Origin: Podarcis bocagei
Taxonomy: Eukaryota
Strand: one strand, 5' to 3'
Length of the DNA: 64,000 nucleotides
Assembly: GCA_964188305.1 (NCBI GenBank)
Contig: OZ076886.1
Positions 50,477 to 61,450 of this stretch are shown here, in pieces. Position numbers and translations under genes: made by a program. The first letter of the stretch is position 1. Each line of letters begins with the position of its first letter. The notes below the pieces were generated by a model, which worked only from the letters and a program-made list of their open reading frames with translations, did no database searches and was not told where the DNA came from.

Positions 50477-50954
50477 AAGGGGTGGACAATCTGTGGGCCT
50501 TCAGATATTGTGAGACTTCCAATTCCCATCAACCCCAGCCAGCAAGACCAGTGTTTGGAGTGATGGGAGCTGCAATCGAGCAACAACTGGAGGGCCACAC
50601 AGTGGTGTAGTGTGGGGGGCACAGGGACGGTTGCCCCAGGCACAAAATTGCTAGGGCGGGGGGCAAAATTTCAACACCCAGTGCTGCCTCAATACAGCTG
50701 CTCACTTTTGTTGCTGAGCTCCATTGAAAATGACTTCTCCATGCAAACCAGGAAGTGACCCTCCCCCCAACAGTGGAACGACTCTTCTTTTCTTATCTCT
50801 GCAGCTGCAATCTCCTGGGTGATGTGGGTGCCATAAGGCAGTTGAATGTTCATGTGTCCTGCATCTGTTTCCCTCCCTCCCATCCCTCTCTCCGCAGCTC
50901 CAGGTGTTGGCAACCCACACTACACCACTAGGGCCACAGGTTCGTCGCCTCTGT
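50477..50954. mobile_element. Palindromic hAT-type MITE interrupted by a second hAT element
   Basis: Left part 50477-50599 and right remnant 50931-50954 rejoin into the family consensus end ggagggccacaggtt. Confidence 0.75.
50600..50930. mobile_element. Non-autonomous hAT (Tip100/Ac-like) element
   Basis: TIRs cagtggtgtagtgtggg / cccacactacaccacta; 8-bp TSD gggccaca. Confidence 0.88.
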
Positions 50955-51029
50955 CTTAAAGTTTCCAAAGGCTCTAGGCTAGCTTAAGGAGACCTGAAAC
51001 CTTTCCTCAAAGCCCCAATTCTACAGGAC

Positions 51030-51631
51030 ATAGAAGGGAAGTAATAGTGCCACTGTATTCTGCTCTGGTCAGACCTCACCTGGAGTACTGTGTCCAGTTC
51101 TGGGCACCACAATTCAAGAAGGACACTGACAAACTGGAACGTGTCCAGAGGAGGGCAACCAAAATGGTCAAAGGCCTGGAAACGATGCCTTATGAGGAAC
51201 GGCTAAGGGAGCTGGGCATGTTTAGCCTGGAGAAGAGGAGGTTAAGGGGTGATATGATAGCCATGTTCAAATATATAAAAGGATGTCACATAGAGGAGGG
51301 AGAAAGGTTGTTTTCTGCTGCTCCAGAGAAGCGGACACGGAGCAATGGATCCAAACTACAAGAAAGAAGATTCCACCTAAACATTAGGAAGAACTTCTTG
51401 ACAGTAAGAGCTGTTCGACAGTGGAATTTGCTGCCAAGGAGTGTGGTGGAGTCTCCTACTTTGGAGGTCTTTAAGCAGAGGCTTGACAACCATATGTCAG
51501 GAGTGCTCTGATGGTGTTTCCTGCTTGGCAGGGGGTTGGACTCGATGGCCCTTGTGGTCTCTTCCAACTCTATGATTCTATGATTCTATGATTCTATGAT
51601 TCTATGATTCTATGATTCTATGATTCTATGA
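51030..51631 (+). mobile_element. Young CR1 LINE 3' fragment with uninterrupted ORF2 C-terminus
   Basis: ORF 51047-51511 [39 protein letters not shown]...; 3' UTR and (ATTCTATG)n tail. Confidence 0.97.
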
Positions 51632-51642
51632 CTACCCAGAAT

Positions 51643-51945
51643 ATGATGGGGAAGCTTTCTCAGCCTGAAGGCCACCTTCCAGGGGTCACTCAGCAGAAGA
51701 GACAGAGGGCAGAGAAATAAATGTGAATTTCACCTTTGTCCACTAGTGCACACTCACACAAGCAGCAAGCATCACCAGAGTTCTGGGACACAGTCCAGCC
51801 AGGCAAGGAGGGTGCAAAGGTAAAGGAGATGTCCTAGGAAGGGTGTGTGTGGCTGAGGAAAGTGTATGGCTGATGGAGAGTACCAAGGGCCACAAAGAGA
51901 CCTCTGGAGGGCCACATTTAGCATCAGACCTGAGATTCCCTATCT
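51643..51945. mobile_element. Non-autonomous hAT-like element
   Basis: gatggggaagctttctcagcctgaaggcc ... gggccacattt...cctgagattccctatc; family of 36608/40041. Confidence 0.6.
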
Positions 51946-52397
51946 TTGATATAGAAGGCAGGAGGACAAAAGATTCCATAGTGCATACATTGTCCTCCTC
52001 ACCTCTGGGGAAAGCCAGGATGTCAACCTGTCATCTTCTCATCTATCAGCCATTGCTACGATGACAGCAGACTGAAAAGGAAGGGGAAATGAAGCTGGCC
52101 TCAGGAGACACATGGACCAGCTGTTCAAATATCCAGGTGGAAAGAAGATAGCAGAGAAAGAAACAACTTGCCAATTATATCCAAATGTTGTTTTGAAGGT
52201 CACTGTACGTTCTTCTTGGAAGTATCCTTCTTGCCCTTTAACAGTGTAGCCAGGACATGGAAAGCCTCCAAAGGCTTTGTCTGGTAAAGGGGGGGGGGAT
52301 GTACAAATGTAATAACTAGCTCTATGATGAAGCTCTAGAAGGCTTCTAGCTGAGAAAAATACGACCAGAGAATTCTATTGGGTGGGTCCCTTTAATA

Positions 52398-52530
52398 CAG
52401 GGATGGGGAACCTCCAGATGTTGTCTGACTTCAGCTCCTAGGATCCCTGATGACTGGCGATGCTGCTTGGAGCTGATGGGTGTTGGTATCCAATAATACT
52501 AAGAGGGCTACAGGTTCCCTATTCCAGCTC
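52398..52530. mobile_element. Palindromic hAT-type MITE
   Basis: cagggatggggaacctccagatgttg ... gagggctacaggttccctat. Confidence 0.75.
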
Positions 52531-52651
52531 TGCAGGTCCTTATACTCTCACCACCTGCATCTTTACTCAGGCAGCACATACCTAATAGAGTTTCTGAACT
52601 GATTCGCTAAAGCAAGGGTAGAAAAGTTGTGGACTTCTGGCTGTTCTGGAT

Positions 52652-52815
52652 GGGGAAGGGCCATAGCTCAGAATTAAAACATCTGTTCTGCATGCAGAAG
52701 GCCCCAGGTTCAGTCTTCAGATAGCGTTGGGAATGCCCCCCATCTGAAACTTGGAAGAACCGCTGGCAATATGTAGAGATAGATGGCTCTGTATAAGTCA
52801 GCTGCCTATGTCCTT
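52652..52815 (+). mobile_element. tRNA-derived SINE with CR1-type tail
   Basis: ggggaagggccatagctcag...tgcatgcagaaggccccaggttca ... gctgcctatgtcc. Confidence 0.75.
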
Positions 52816-53157
52816 CCTACGTAGCTGGACCAAAACACCCACAGCTCTGATAACATGCTAGCTGGGGCTGAACGGAGTTCAACATCGTCTGGAGGGCCAT
52901 GGGTTAGCCACCTCTGTGCTAAAGAGTGTGGTGTAGTGTTTAGAGTGCTATAGTAGGGCCTGGGAGACCCAGGATCAGATCTCCACTCAGTCTTGAAGTC
53001 CAATGGGTAACCTTTGAGCTCTGTGTTCAGTTCCTAAATTCAGTAAACTCCCATGCTGGCATGTCCCAGGAGCAGGATGTGGAGGTTGTCCAACAAGAAG
53101 AGAAAACTGTGACTTCTTCTACAATTCACATGTAGGAAACCACAGAGATTTGTGGAA

Positions 53158-53330
53158 GTGGTTTGGTGCAGTGTTGGACTAGAACTTGAGAGACCCAGGT
53201 TCAAATCACTCCCTTAGCCATAAAGTTCACTGTGGGACCATGGGTAGTCTCTTTCTCAGCCTAGCCTACCTCACAGCATTGCCTTGAGCAAACTGGAGGA
53301 AAGGCAGGGTATAAATGCCGAAAAAAATAA
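53158..53330 (+). mobile_element. CORE/MIR-like SINE
   Basis: gtgttggactag...gagacccaggttcaaatc...ctcagcctagcctacctcacag. Confidence 0.7.
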
Positions 53331-55599
53331 GTAAATGTCACAGGAAGGGCAAGAAAATGCAGGAATATGATGGAGACATGTATGTGTATACATAATTTTA
53401 TGGATAAAAAGTATGCATGTGTCAAAAGCTGTGAGTACATGTATGTTTAAGGATACTTGGGCTATGTATTTGTTGGGAGAGGGATGAGAGACCAAAAAAA
53501 GGAACTGAGTTTGAAAGCCCTTTCTCTGGCCGGTGCTGACATCCATCTTGATGACAAATAGCATTTGGTTTGGTTTTAGGGTTTTAATCAAAGCAATGAC
53601 TGCTGGAGAGACAAGGGAAGGGAGGGAAATTGATTGGAATACAAGACTGGAAAGAAAAGAAGAACGCTCTCCCCTTTAGGTCTTCAGAAATGCACTAGAT
53701 GGCTCCATGCCTGAGCTGTCTGCTTGTCTGTCAGACTTCCCCAGGTGGACCTGAAGCAGAAAGGTTTGTTAGGAGTTGTAATAGTACAGTGATGAATAGC
53801 GTGCAGATTTTGCCTTCCAGTCAAGCATACTGAATACAGGCCCATGGAGGTGTTCAGTGTAGGATTGGCTCTCTCTGGGTAGAGCAGTCAACATCCTCAT
53901 ATGGCAAATACATCAGAAAGTCCATGTGGCTGAGTGGCACCCTCAGTCGCAAGGCGGAGGGAGGCAGAAGATCAGAGAGATATCCAAGAGAAATGCAGAA
54001 GGCAAAGATGATTGGCTACAAAGAGATTAGGGAGACCTTGTAATGTGGACTAAGGTGCTTAGCCTTTGAAAGGCTCATCTAAGGATTAAAATAGGCAATT
54101 CTTTTTCCCTGAGTGGCTTCCCTGCACACAAGAGAAGCTGCTTGTGAAGGACCAGCACTGTGCAGGATCAGACCCTCCTGCTTAACAGCCAATAAGCAGG
54201 AAAATCTGATCCCGCATAGTGCTGCTTCAGGAAGGAGGAAAGGCCTGGCAGCGGTGGGAAGAAAGAGAGGCCTGGAAACTAGCCTTCCAATCTACAAAAT
54301 TGTTATTTATTACCAAAGAACCAGATCTGACACTTTTGGGGTATGGAGAGGGGAACCAATGCTGGTGCTCCCTTATGCAAGTTCTCTTGAGTTGCGCAAA
54401 TGGTAGTATTAAATGTGGCTTCACCAAATCTGACTAAAAAAAATGGTGGTCAGGAACACAGACAATCTAAATCACATTGGGTTCAGTGTTTCTCAATATT
54501 AAAACTCTGAATTCCTTTCAAAAATGTTGTCAGCTTCACACATTCAAAGTTCTGAGTCTTTAGAATTTGAATCAGAGGGCCTGAACTTTCTTTGAAAATG
54601 CTGAGTTCAGGCATGGCCAAGGTGGCTTCTAAGCTGGAAAGTGGAACTGAATCAATTTTTCTAACATGGGCATTGCTTTTTTTTACAAGCAGTTGGTTTG
54701 TCAGATTAGCAGCACCTTTTGTTGCTCTTCTCTGCCACTGTTAGGCTGGACTGCGCTCTCAAGGATCCTGCTTACCCAAGCTCTCATTTGACATCATGAC
54801 CCCAGTTAATGCACTAGCTGTCTCCTCATATTATCTTCCCCAGAGCTGACGGGGTTTGGGGAGCTGGAATGCTGACTGTGACAGGCTGTGTCTGCTCCGC
54901 AGATGACATAGTTCCTGGGTGACGCTTCTCACAAGGAGCTGTTTGGGTCTGCCTTGTCATCTTCAGTTAGCTGCTCACTTGGATTGCATATGCTCCCCCA
55001 TCCCAGGTCATTACCTACCTTTGGATAAAGGCACACAGACCCTTTGGAAGCCATGAACTACTGTGTGTCAGAAGGATACTTGTCCCTACTATACAGATAT
55101 GACTTTCATCTTCAGGAACTCTCACTTCCTTGGCTGGAGCCTTCCTGATGTTCGGTGATTTCTTTGGCTTTTGACACTTACCTGTAGGGAAGGCATTGTG
55201 ACACAAGCTGATCCTTCTTCTTGTTCCCAGTGAACCAGATTGCCAGCACACACACGCAACAGAGGAGGCTGTTAGAGGCATTGTCATATGCTTAGATCTA
55301 AACTCAGATTATGATTCATGTTTCTGAAGCTCACAGTGGCTGGTGGAGTGAATTCTGGGAGCATACCATGCATGGGGAATGCTAAAAGTGCTTCTGCTAT
55401 CATGGTTGTATTCCAAATATGAGGGCTATTGCTCTCTAGGTTTGCATTCCCATAGGAAAGTATCAGCTAAGGTTCTGTATGTGCTGTGTTGTGATCTTTC
55501 GTTTCATGCTATGCTGGGGGTTTGATAGCTAGTCAGGTGGCTTTCCTATGACTGATGCGAAATATCACGAATCAGCCCCCCTCTTTGTTGTCATTTCAG

Positions 55600-55639
55600 G
55601 TGTTTGCAGAACTAGGATGCGGATTGCAAACCAGCACAG
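55600..55639 (+). other. Putative 40-nt internal exon of an unidentified host gene
   Basis: Tract ccccccctctttgttgtcatttcag|G acceptor and CAG|gtaaac donor; phase-1 frame (R)VCRTRMRIANQH and phase-0 frame VFAELGCGLQTST are both open. Confidence 0.55.
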
Positions 55640-55887
55640 GTAAACATTCCTCTATCTCATCATTCTTCCAGCTGTTTACAAGGCTGTAGGGGCAATTCTA
55701 TAGCAGTTCTACCCTGTAGGTGGCAAAGCCATGACAGGGGAAGATGGGAATGGTAGTCAAACAACATCGGGGTGGGGGTGGGGGTGGGGGTGGTGGCACA
55801 GGGTTCCCACTCCTGCTTTAGGACAACAAATCCTTAGCCATTTTGGCAACTGAAGTTCTATGCTGATTGTTCTCCCATGGTCTAGGA

Positions 55888-57052
55888 CAGTGTTTCCCAA
55901 TCTTTTTCTGACAGTGGCCCCCTTTTCATCTTGTTTCCATTATGATAGGAACATAATGAAATATTGTTAGAGCAGAAAAACATATAATCATGGAGCTGCA
56001 AGGGACCCCATGGGTCAACTTTTCTAGTGCAACCCCCTGCAATGTAGGAAACTCAGCTAAAGCATCCATGACAGGTGGCCACCCAACCTCTGCTTAGAAA
56101 CATCCAAGGAAGGAGAGTCCAGAACCTCCTGAGGAAGATCCATCCATCTTCCATGTATTACTAAAGGCAAACAACACTTATTTGACCATAGTTATTTGAC
56201 ACAGAAGGGGGAAACCTATAAATACAGTCCAAAAGGTATATATGGGAGAGTTTTAAAAAGCAAGTGGTCCTCACTGACTTGGTGCAAAAAGATCTTGTCA
56301 TCTGGAGGAGCCCTGGCTGCCTAAATGAAACACTATAGCCCCCCCCCCACTGGGAGGAAGGCCCACTGAACTCAGTGTGGTTTTCTTCCAAGTAGACACT
56401 TCATTATTTACTAGATGCAAATCAGCAGCACCAAACGACCCTGCTCGGCTAAGCGCTGAGGTGGATTTCACCCCAAGCCTTGCAGAGCTGGGACACCACT
56501 TCCGATGGCCCCTGTGCCCTTCAGAAAGATCCAAAGGCCCTGATCCAATGGGCTCTGGGGTGGGTTGCACCCTGCACCCTGCAGAGTTAGTCCCAGGCTG
56601 GCCAGCACTGGCCGCAGCAACAACCAGCTCCGGCTTGCCCAGCCCTACTCATTGCCCACCCCACCACCACACTTACCTAACCTGGTGGTTCTGGATCGCA
56701 AGCTCTACTAGTCAAAATGGGAGCCTCAGCGATCTCCCTCTCCCAACAGAAACAAACCAGGGCTGCTCCAAGAAAATGCACATGGCAAAAAGGAGCACTA
56801 GGCAATGGTGGGCCGCCTCCTTACCCGCTTGTGATTGGCCAAGCGGATAGCCAGCCAATCAGGATTATTTTTCTTCGCTTCTCACTTCCCTCTGTGGCCC
56901 CCTACAAAAATAAATAAATAAATAAATACTCTGGGCCAACCACTCTGGGCGGCTTCCAACAAACACTAAAATAGCCTCTTGCTGTGCCCCATTCACACAT
57001 TTTTCACCTGTGGCCCCTTAGAATATCCCGGGGCCCTGATTGTGAAATGCTG
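55888..57052. mobile_element. Non-autonomous hAT-Charlie element with nested LINE fragments
   Basis: TIRs cagtgtttcccaatc / gattgtgaaatgctg; TSD gtctagga/gtctagaa (NTCTAGAN-type target); nested CR1 3' piece about 55980-56150 (-) and L2 tail about 56905-56965 (-). Confidence 0.75.
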
Positions 57053-58971
57053 GTCTAGAACTCAGTGTGAGCTCTTTGCTACAACCGAAACACTTGGACA
57101 CCTGTATCCATTCTTAAATTGTATTATCTGGCCACTGTGCTTTAAGCAGTTATTAATGCACACATGTCTTCCATGGAATTAATAGGAACTGTAGCATTAG
57201 AAAATGCAGCAGATGCAATGTAAGATTCAGATATAGCACTCCTGACAAACAGTCATCCAGCCTGTGCTCAGGTAATACCACCCACCAGATGAGAGCCTAC
57301 AGCCTCCCAGGACAGTTTGTTCTACAGCTTAGAAAAGCACTGAGAAAATAGTCAGAAGGATAAGACCCCCCTCCTTCTCTCCCTTCCCTCCTGTCTTCCC
57401 TTTAAACATGTAGCCTTCCAAGCATAATGTTCAATAGAAGTGTGGAAAAGATGCACACAAATGTGTGTCACGTTTAATGTGACTCTAATACCCTTGGCCA
57501 CTTACAGATTGCTCTGGTGCATGGGAGACATAAGTTTCATCGCTGGTTGCGGCGACTCCTCTCAGTGCTGCTCCCTCACAGCTGCGAGTCTCTGGCATTA
57601 GAAATATTTCCACTTCAACATGCAGGGAATTATTGCCATGCTACTGGAGAGCCATTCACTTCCAGGCTCCACTTGTGACAGGCGTTGCTGCTGCTCAGAT
57701 TGTGCATATCCAGTGATAATGTTCAAGGAGCACACAAGGGAACCTGGGCAAACACAACTGCCCTCTGGCAGGCTCTCCTCCAGTTGATTTTCTAGAGGGG
57801 CCCTGATATCTGAGATTAGCATCCCTCTCCTGAACTCCTTTCCCGTTCTCTTGGCTGGGTGAGCAATGTACTTGCTGCCCCTCAGGAGACGCAGTGAATG
57901 CGCTGAATCCACTTATAAAAAATGATCTTAATAAAGCTCCCAGCCACACAATTTTGCCTGCTGGTAAGATCAGGGCATGGGTTTTTGAAAAGCGCTTTCT
58001 GGAAAATTTTCTCCAGCAGCACAGCTTGTGCTTACAATGTCAACGATAGGTCCCACTGGCACTGGAAATGGATTGACCTTCGGTGCAAAGAGAGCAAAAC
58101 CATTTCCATGGTTTATTTCAGAAAGCATTAAGCAGCCAGTGGAGTGAGATGTGGTCTGCGGGATCATACAGGGCACTTTAAAGTTGTCTTTCATTTCATT
58201 GAAAACAAAAGTGAGTCCTGGGTCAAGAAGCTGGTGTGTGTGTGTGTGTGTGTGTGTGGTGTTCAGCCCCCTCCCATACAAACTGACAGCAACTCAGAAA
58301 GTTCAGGCGGCTTGGTACTGAAGATTTGTTTGTAAAATAACAATTGCTTAGAAAGCTCCAACTTGCTACCATCTACTATTTGAAGGAGGCAGGTGCTTTT
58401 CTCCCCATCTCACCAAATTGCCCTCCTCCCTGTTGTTTCAACAGATTTTTTTTAAGCCCTTGGTTGGCTCACTTCTCATCCACACAGACAGAAGAAGCAC
58501 ACCATGAACCATCTGTGGATAGAGAATCTTTGGGTTTATATTGGAAGACAACTTTAAATTTCCCCTGGGGTGAAAGTGAGAGCTGGCCATAGTAAGTAAT
58601 GGAGAAAGTCAGAATTTTAACATGGTTGTGATTGGGCACCAGTGTGTCCACACACAACAACACATACATACACACACAAAGATAGCAGCGGAGACATGAG
58701 GTGGTGTGTTTTTTTTTAAAAGAAAACCACAGGTCTTATTTCACGTGAAAAGTTTATTTTTAAAGCAGTTTAAAAAAATCACCTGATCAATGCAAATTCC
58801 AATGCAAACACAGTCTGTTATCTCTATATTTCATATCAGGGGAGGAAGGTTATAGCTAAGAGAGAATGACTTATGACAGCCTTGCAATGTGGTCCCCATT
58901 TTTATTCTTGGGTGACAAGTTGTACCGGTCCACATTCCTTCTCCTACACAACTATTACCAGCACACACACA

Positions 58972-59120
58972 CAGTGGCGTAGCGTGGGGGGGGTGCAGGG
59001 GGGGCCAGCCGCACCGGGCGCAACATCTGGGGGTTAGGGTTAGGGGGCGCAAATCCACGGGTTAGGGGGCACAAATTACTTGCCTTGCCCCGGGTGCTGA
59101 TAACCCACGCTACGCCACTG
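58972..59120. mobile_element. Young hAT MITE containing TTAGGG units
   Basis: Perfect TIRs cagtggcgtagcgtggg / cccacgctacgccactg; 8-bp TSD cacacaca; CpG intact. Confidence 0.92.
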
Positions 59121-59491
59121 CACACACATGCTTTCCTCCTAGTCAGCCTATATTATTTGCTGCTGTAATTGAAAACCTAGTGTGAAGTGCTTAAAACTAA
59201 AAGTTTCCTTGTGAAGTAACAAAGGCTCTGTGACTAATGCAACAGTTTTGCGATTAGCCTCCTCCAGCTTAGGCTATGTAGTGCTTTCAAATGGCAGCAC
59301 ATTGTGTCCCAGACTGAACCAGTGTTGATGTGTACCAAGATATGGATTTTGTAAGGGGCTTCATGACCTTGACTAGAAGCCCACAGGGTGCAGTGGAGTG
59401 AGGAAAGCTAAAAAACCAGTACAGTGCTTCAGCACCACCTCCCTATCCTGCTCCTAACAAGGAGCCCACAGGGTACAAATGGGACAAGGTA

Positions 59492-59771
59492 CACTGGAAG
59501 GACAGATTGTGAAGCTGAGGCTCCAATACTTTGGCCACCTCATGAGAAGAGAAGACTCCCTGGAAAAGACCCTGATGTTGGGAAAGATGGAGGACACAAG
59601 GAGAAGGGGACGACGGAGGACGAGATGGTTGGACAGTGTTCTCGAAGCTACCAGCATGAGTTTGACCAAACTGCGGGAGGCAGTGGAAGACAGAAGTGCC
59701 TGGCATGCTCTGGTCCATGGGGTCACGAAGAGTCGGACACGACTAAACGACTAAACAACAACAACAACAAC
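59492..59771 (+). mobile_element. Bov-B (RTE) LINE 3' fragment
   Basis: LEGQIVKLRLQYFGHLMRREDSLEKTLMLGKME...WHALVHGVTKSRTRLND; (CAA)n tail. Confidence 0.95.
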
Positions 59772-59877
59772 ACCACAGGTAACTGCAGCACCATGGAAAG
59801 CTCCCAGTGAACCACTTCCTCCAACACCACCTCCCTATCCTGGTCTTGAAGAACACCACTCAGGACAATAGGGACAA

Positions 59878-60003
59878 GGGATGCAGGTGGCACTGTGGGT
59901 TAAACCACAGAGCCTAGGGCTTGCCGATCAGAAGGTCGGCAGTGCTGCAACCCCAGAGTCATCTGCGACTGGACCTAATGGTCAGGGGTCCCTTTACCTT
60001 TTA
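59878..60003 (+). mobile_element. Sauria SINE, internally deleted
   Basis: Head gggatgcaggtggcactgtgggttaaacc joined directly to 3' part gcaaccccagagtc...cctttaccttt. Confidence 0.9.
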
Positions 60004-60121
60004 GGTTGGTAACTGCAGCACCATGGAAAGCTCCAAGAGAGCAATTTCCTTCAACGCCACCTGCCTTATTCTGGTCTTGGCAAGGAGCACACAGAGCCCA
60101 ACAAGGAGCCCACATATGGGA

Positions 60122-60720
60122 ATAAATAGTGAGTGTCATGGAAACCTGGTGGAGTGGAGAGAACACATGGGGCAACCTTTTCTCAGGATATAATAGGAAG
60201 GACAGGGAAGGATGCACTGGAGATGGTGTTACTCTATATTAAAGAAGGCATCAAGTCCAGCAAGCTAGAGATGCCCAAAGTGGCATACTCCTGCACGAAA
60301 CCATTGCAGGTGGTGTTTCCAGCCCCCAATAGTATTATAGTACTGGGATTGTGCTACCGTCCCCCTAATCAAAACACTCAGGGAGATATTGAGATCAAGG
60401 AAGCATCAAAAATATGATATATTGTAGCAATGGGTGACTTCAACCACTCTCACATAGACTGGCTATATATGTGTTCCAGTCATGACAAAGAGGTGAAATT
60501 TATAATGACCATAACCAAAGCTGCTGCCGAAATCGACCATAGTGGTGGCAACCATGAGCCTAATCTTGAGTGGTTCCCAGGACCTGGTGCAAGATGTTAG
60601 TGTCGTTGAAGCAACTGGAAGCAGTGGCTATGGTGCTAATAAATTAAATAGTCAAGTAATTGGCCAGTTGCCACGACAACACAACATGCTTCCATTGAAT
60701 TTCAAAAGTGGAAACTTTCT
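60122..60720 (+). mobile_element. CR1 ORF2 apurinic endonuclease fragment (degraded)
   Basis: ETWW, VLLYIKE, LGLCYRPPNQ and MGDFNH.HIDW motifs across frameshifts and stops. Confidence 0.85.
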
Positions 60721-61377
60721 CTCTTTTCCACCTCACAGGTCTCTCTGAATCCCACATTGCCCCCCTTTCCCTCTCTGTAACTGGTATCTCTCCTGTCTCT
60801 ATACCATCAAATAATGGCTGGATCCAATTCCCTCACTTACCTCTGAGTTCAGAGGAGTGATACAGAGATTGTTCCATCCCCACCCCAATGCTTGATGGGC
60901 TTAGATGTTCCAACAACAGTGAGAAAGGACCATACTCAATTGCTATTTGGAATTTCCCCAGATAAGTGACTTGTGGTCAACCTGCAGGTCTTAAGTTGTG
61001 CAGGTTGTTCCCAAACACTTAGCATCCAAGAAACAGAAAGCTTTCCTTTCATACGTCTGACCCCTTGTGGATCTGTGAGTACACTACTTCATACCGTCAT
61101 TTTCTGTGGGTTGATACTCCTGTTTATTGTTGATTTTTAATGCAGCCTTACAGCAGTGAAGGGAAACAGGGCATTAACTCAAATTTACAGATAATTCTAG
61201 TGAATGCCTTATTACAGGATGTTCCAGCCCATTTATAGTTCAGCTGGTATGATTTGTTATTATTTATTTAAAGTATTCATGAATCGCCATTCTGCCCACA
61301 AGGGGTCAGGCATATGAAAGGAAAGCTGAACTTTCTAATAGATCATGATCATGTCTTTCTCCCACACTGATAACAAA

Positions 61378-61450
61378 TAGTTCTGTAGCACTTTAAAGAT
61401 ATTTATTACGGCACAAACATTTTGTGGGCTGGAGTCCACTTCATCAGATC
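61378..61450 (-). mobile_element. Penelope-like terminal fragment with degenerate hammerhead
   Basis: Minus strand CTGATGA-A-GTGGAC-TCCA-GCCCAC-AAAA... then tttaaagtgctac; GAAA core changed to AAAA. Confidence 0.65.

Larger units (their letters stand above)
59424..60120 (+). repeat. Degenerate tandem repeat (about 110-bp unit, 3 copies) interrupted by Bov-B and Sauria SINE
   Basis: Blocks caccacctccctatcctg, gggacaagg, aacaaggagcccaca and an identical 27-mer ggtaactgcagcaccatggaaagctcc recur. Confidence 0.8.

Noticed and set aside
51047-51511. Clean 154-aa ORF as a possible host gene
   Set aside because: It is the CR1 ORF2 C-terminus, followed by the CR1 3' UTR and tail
55015-55287. Minus-strand ATG ORF with a perfect CAG|gtaagt donor near 55180 (possible antisense first exon)
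   Set aside because: Single donor match with no promoter features or partner exon; a few such matches are expected by chance in 64 kb
55600-55639. Naming the host gene (an RBFOX-family 5' exon was considered because of exon size and neuronal context)
   Set aside because: I could not match the sequence to a transcript I reliably remember; requires a BLAST search
56377-56850. 157-aa GC-rich ORF
   Set aside because: Lies inside a non-autonomous hAT element and has no transposase motifs
59424-60120. CRISPR-like appearance (repeats separated by different inserts)
   Set aside because: Vertebrate DNA; the inserts are a LINE and a SINE, the repeats are long and degenerate, and there are no cas genes
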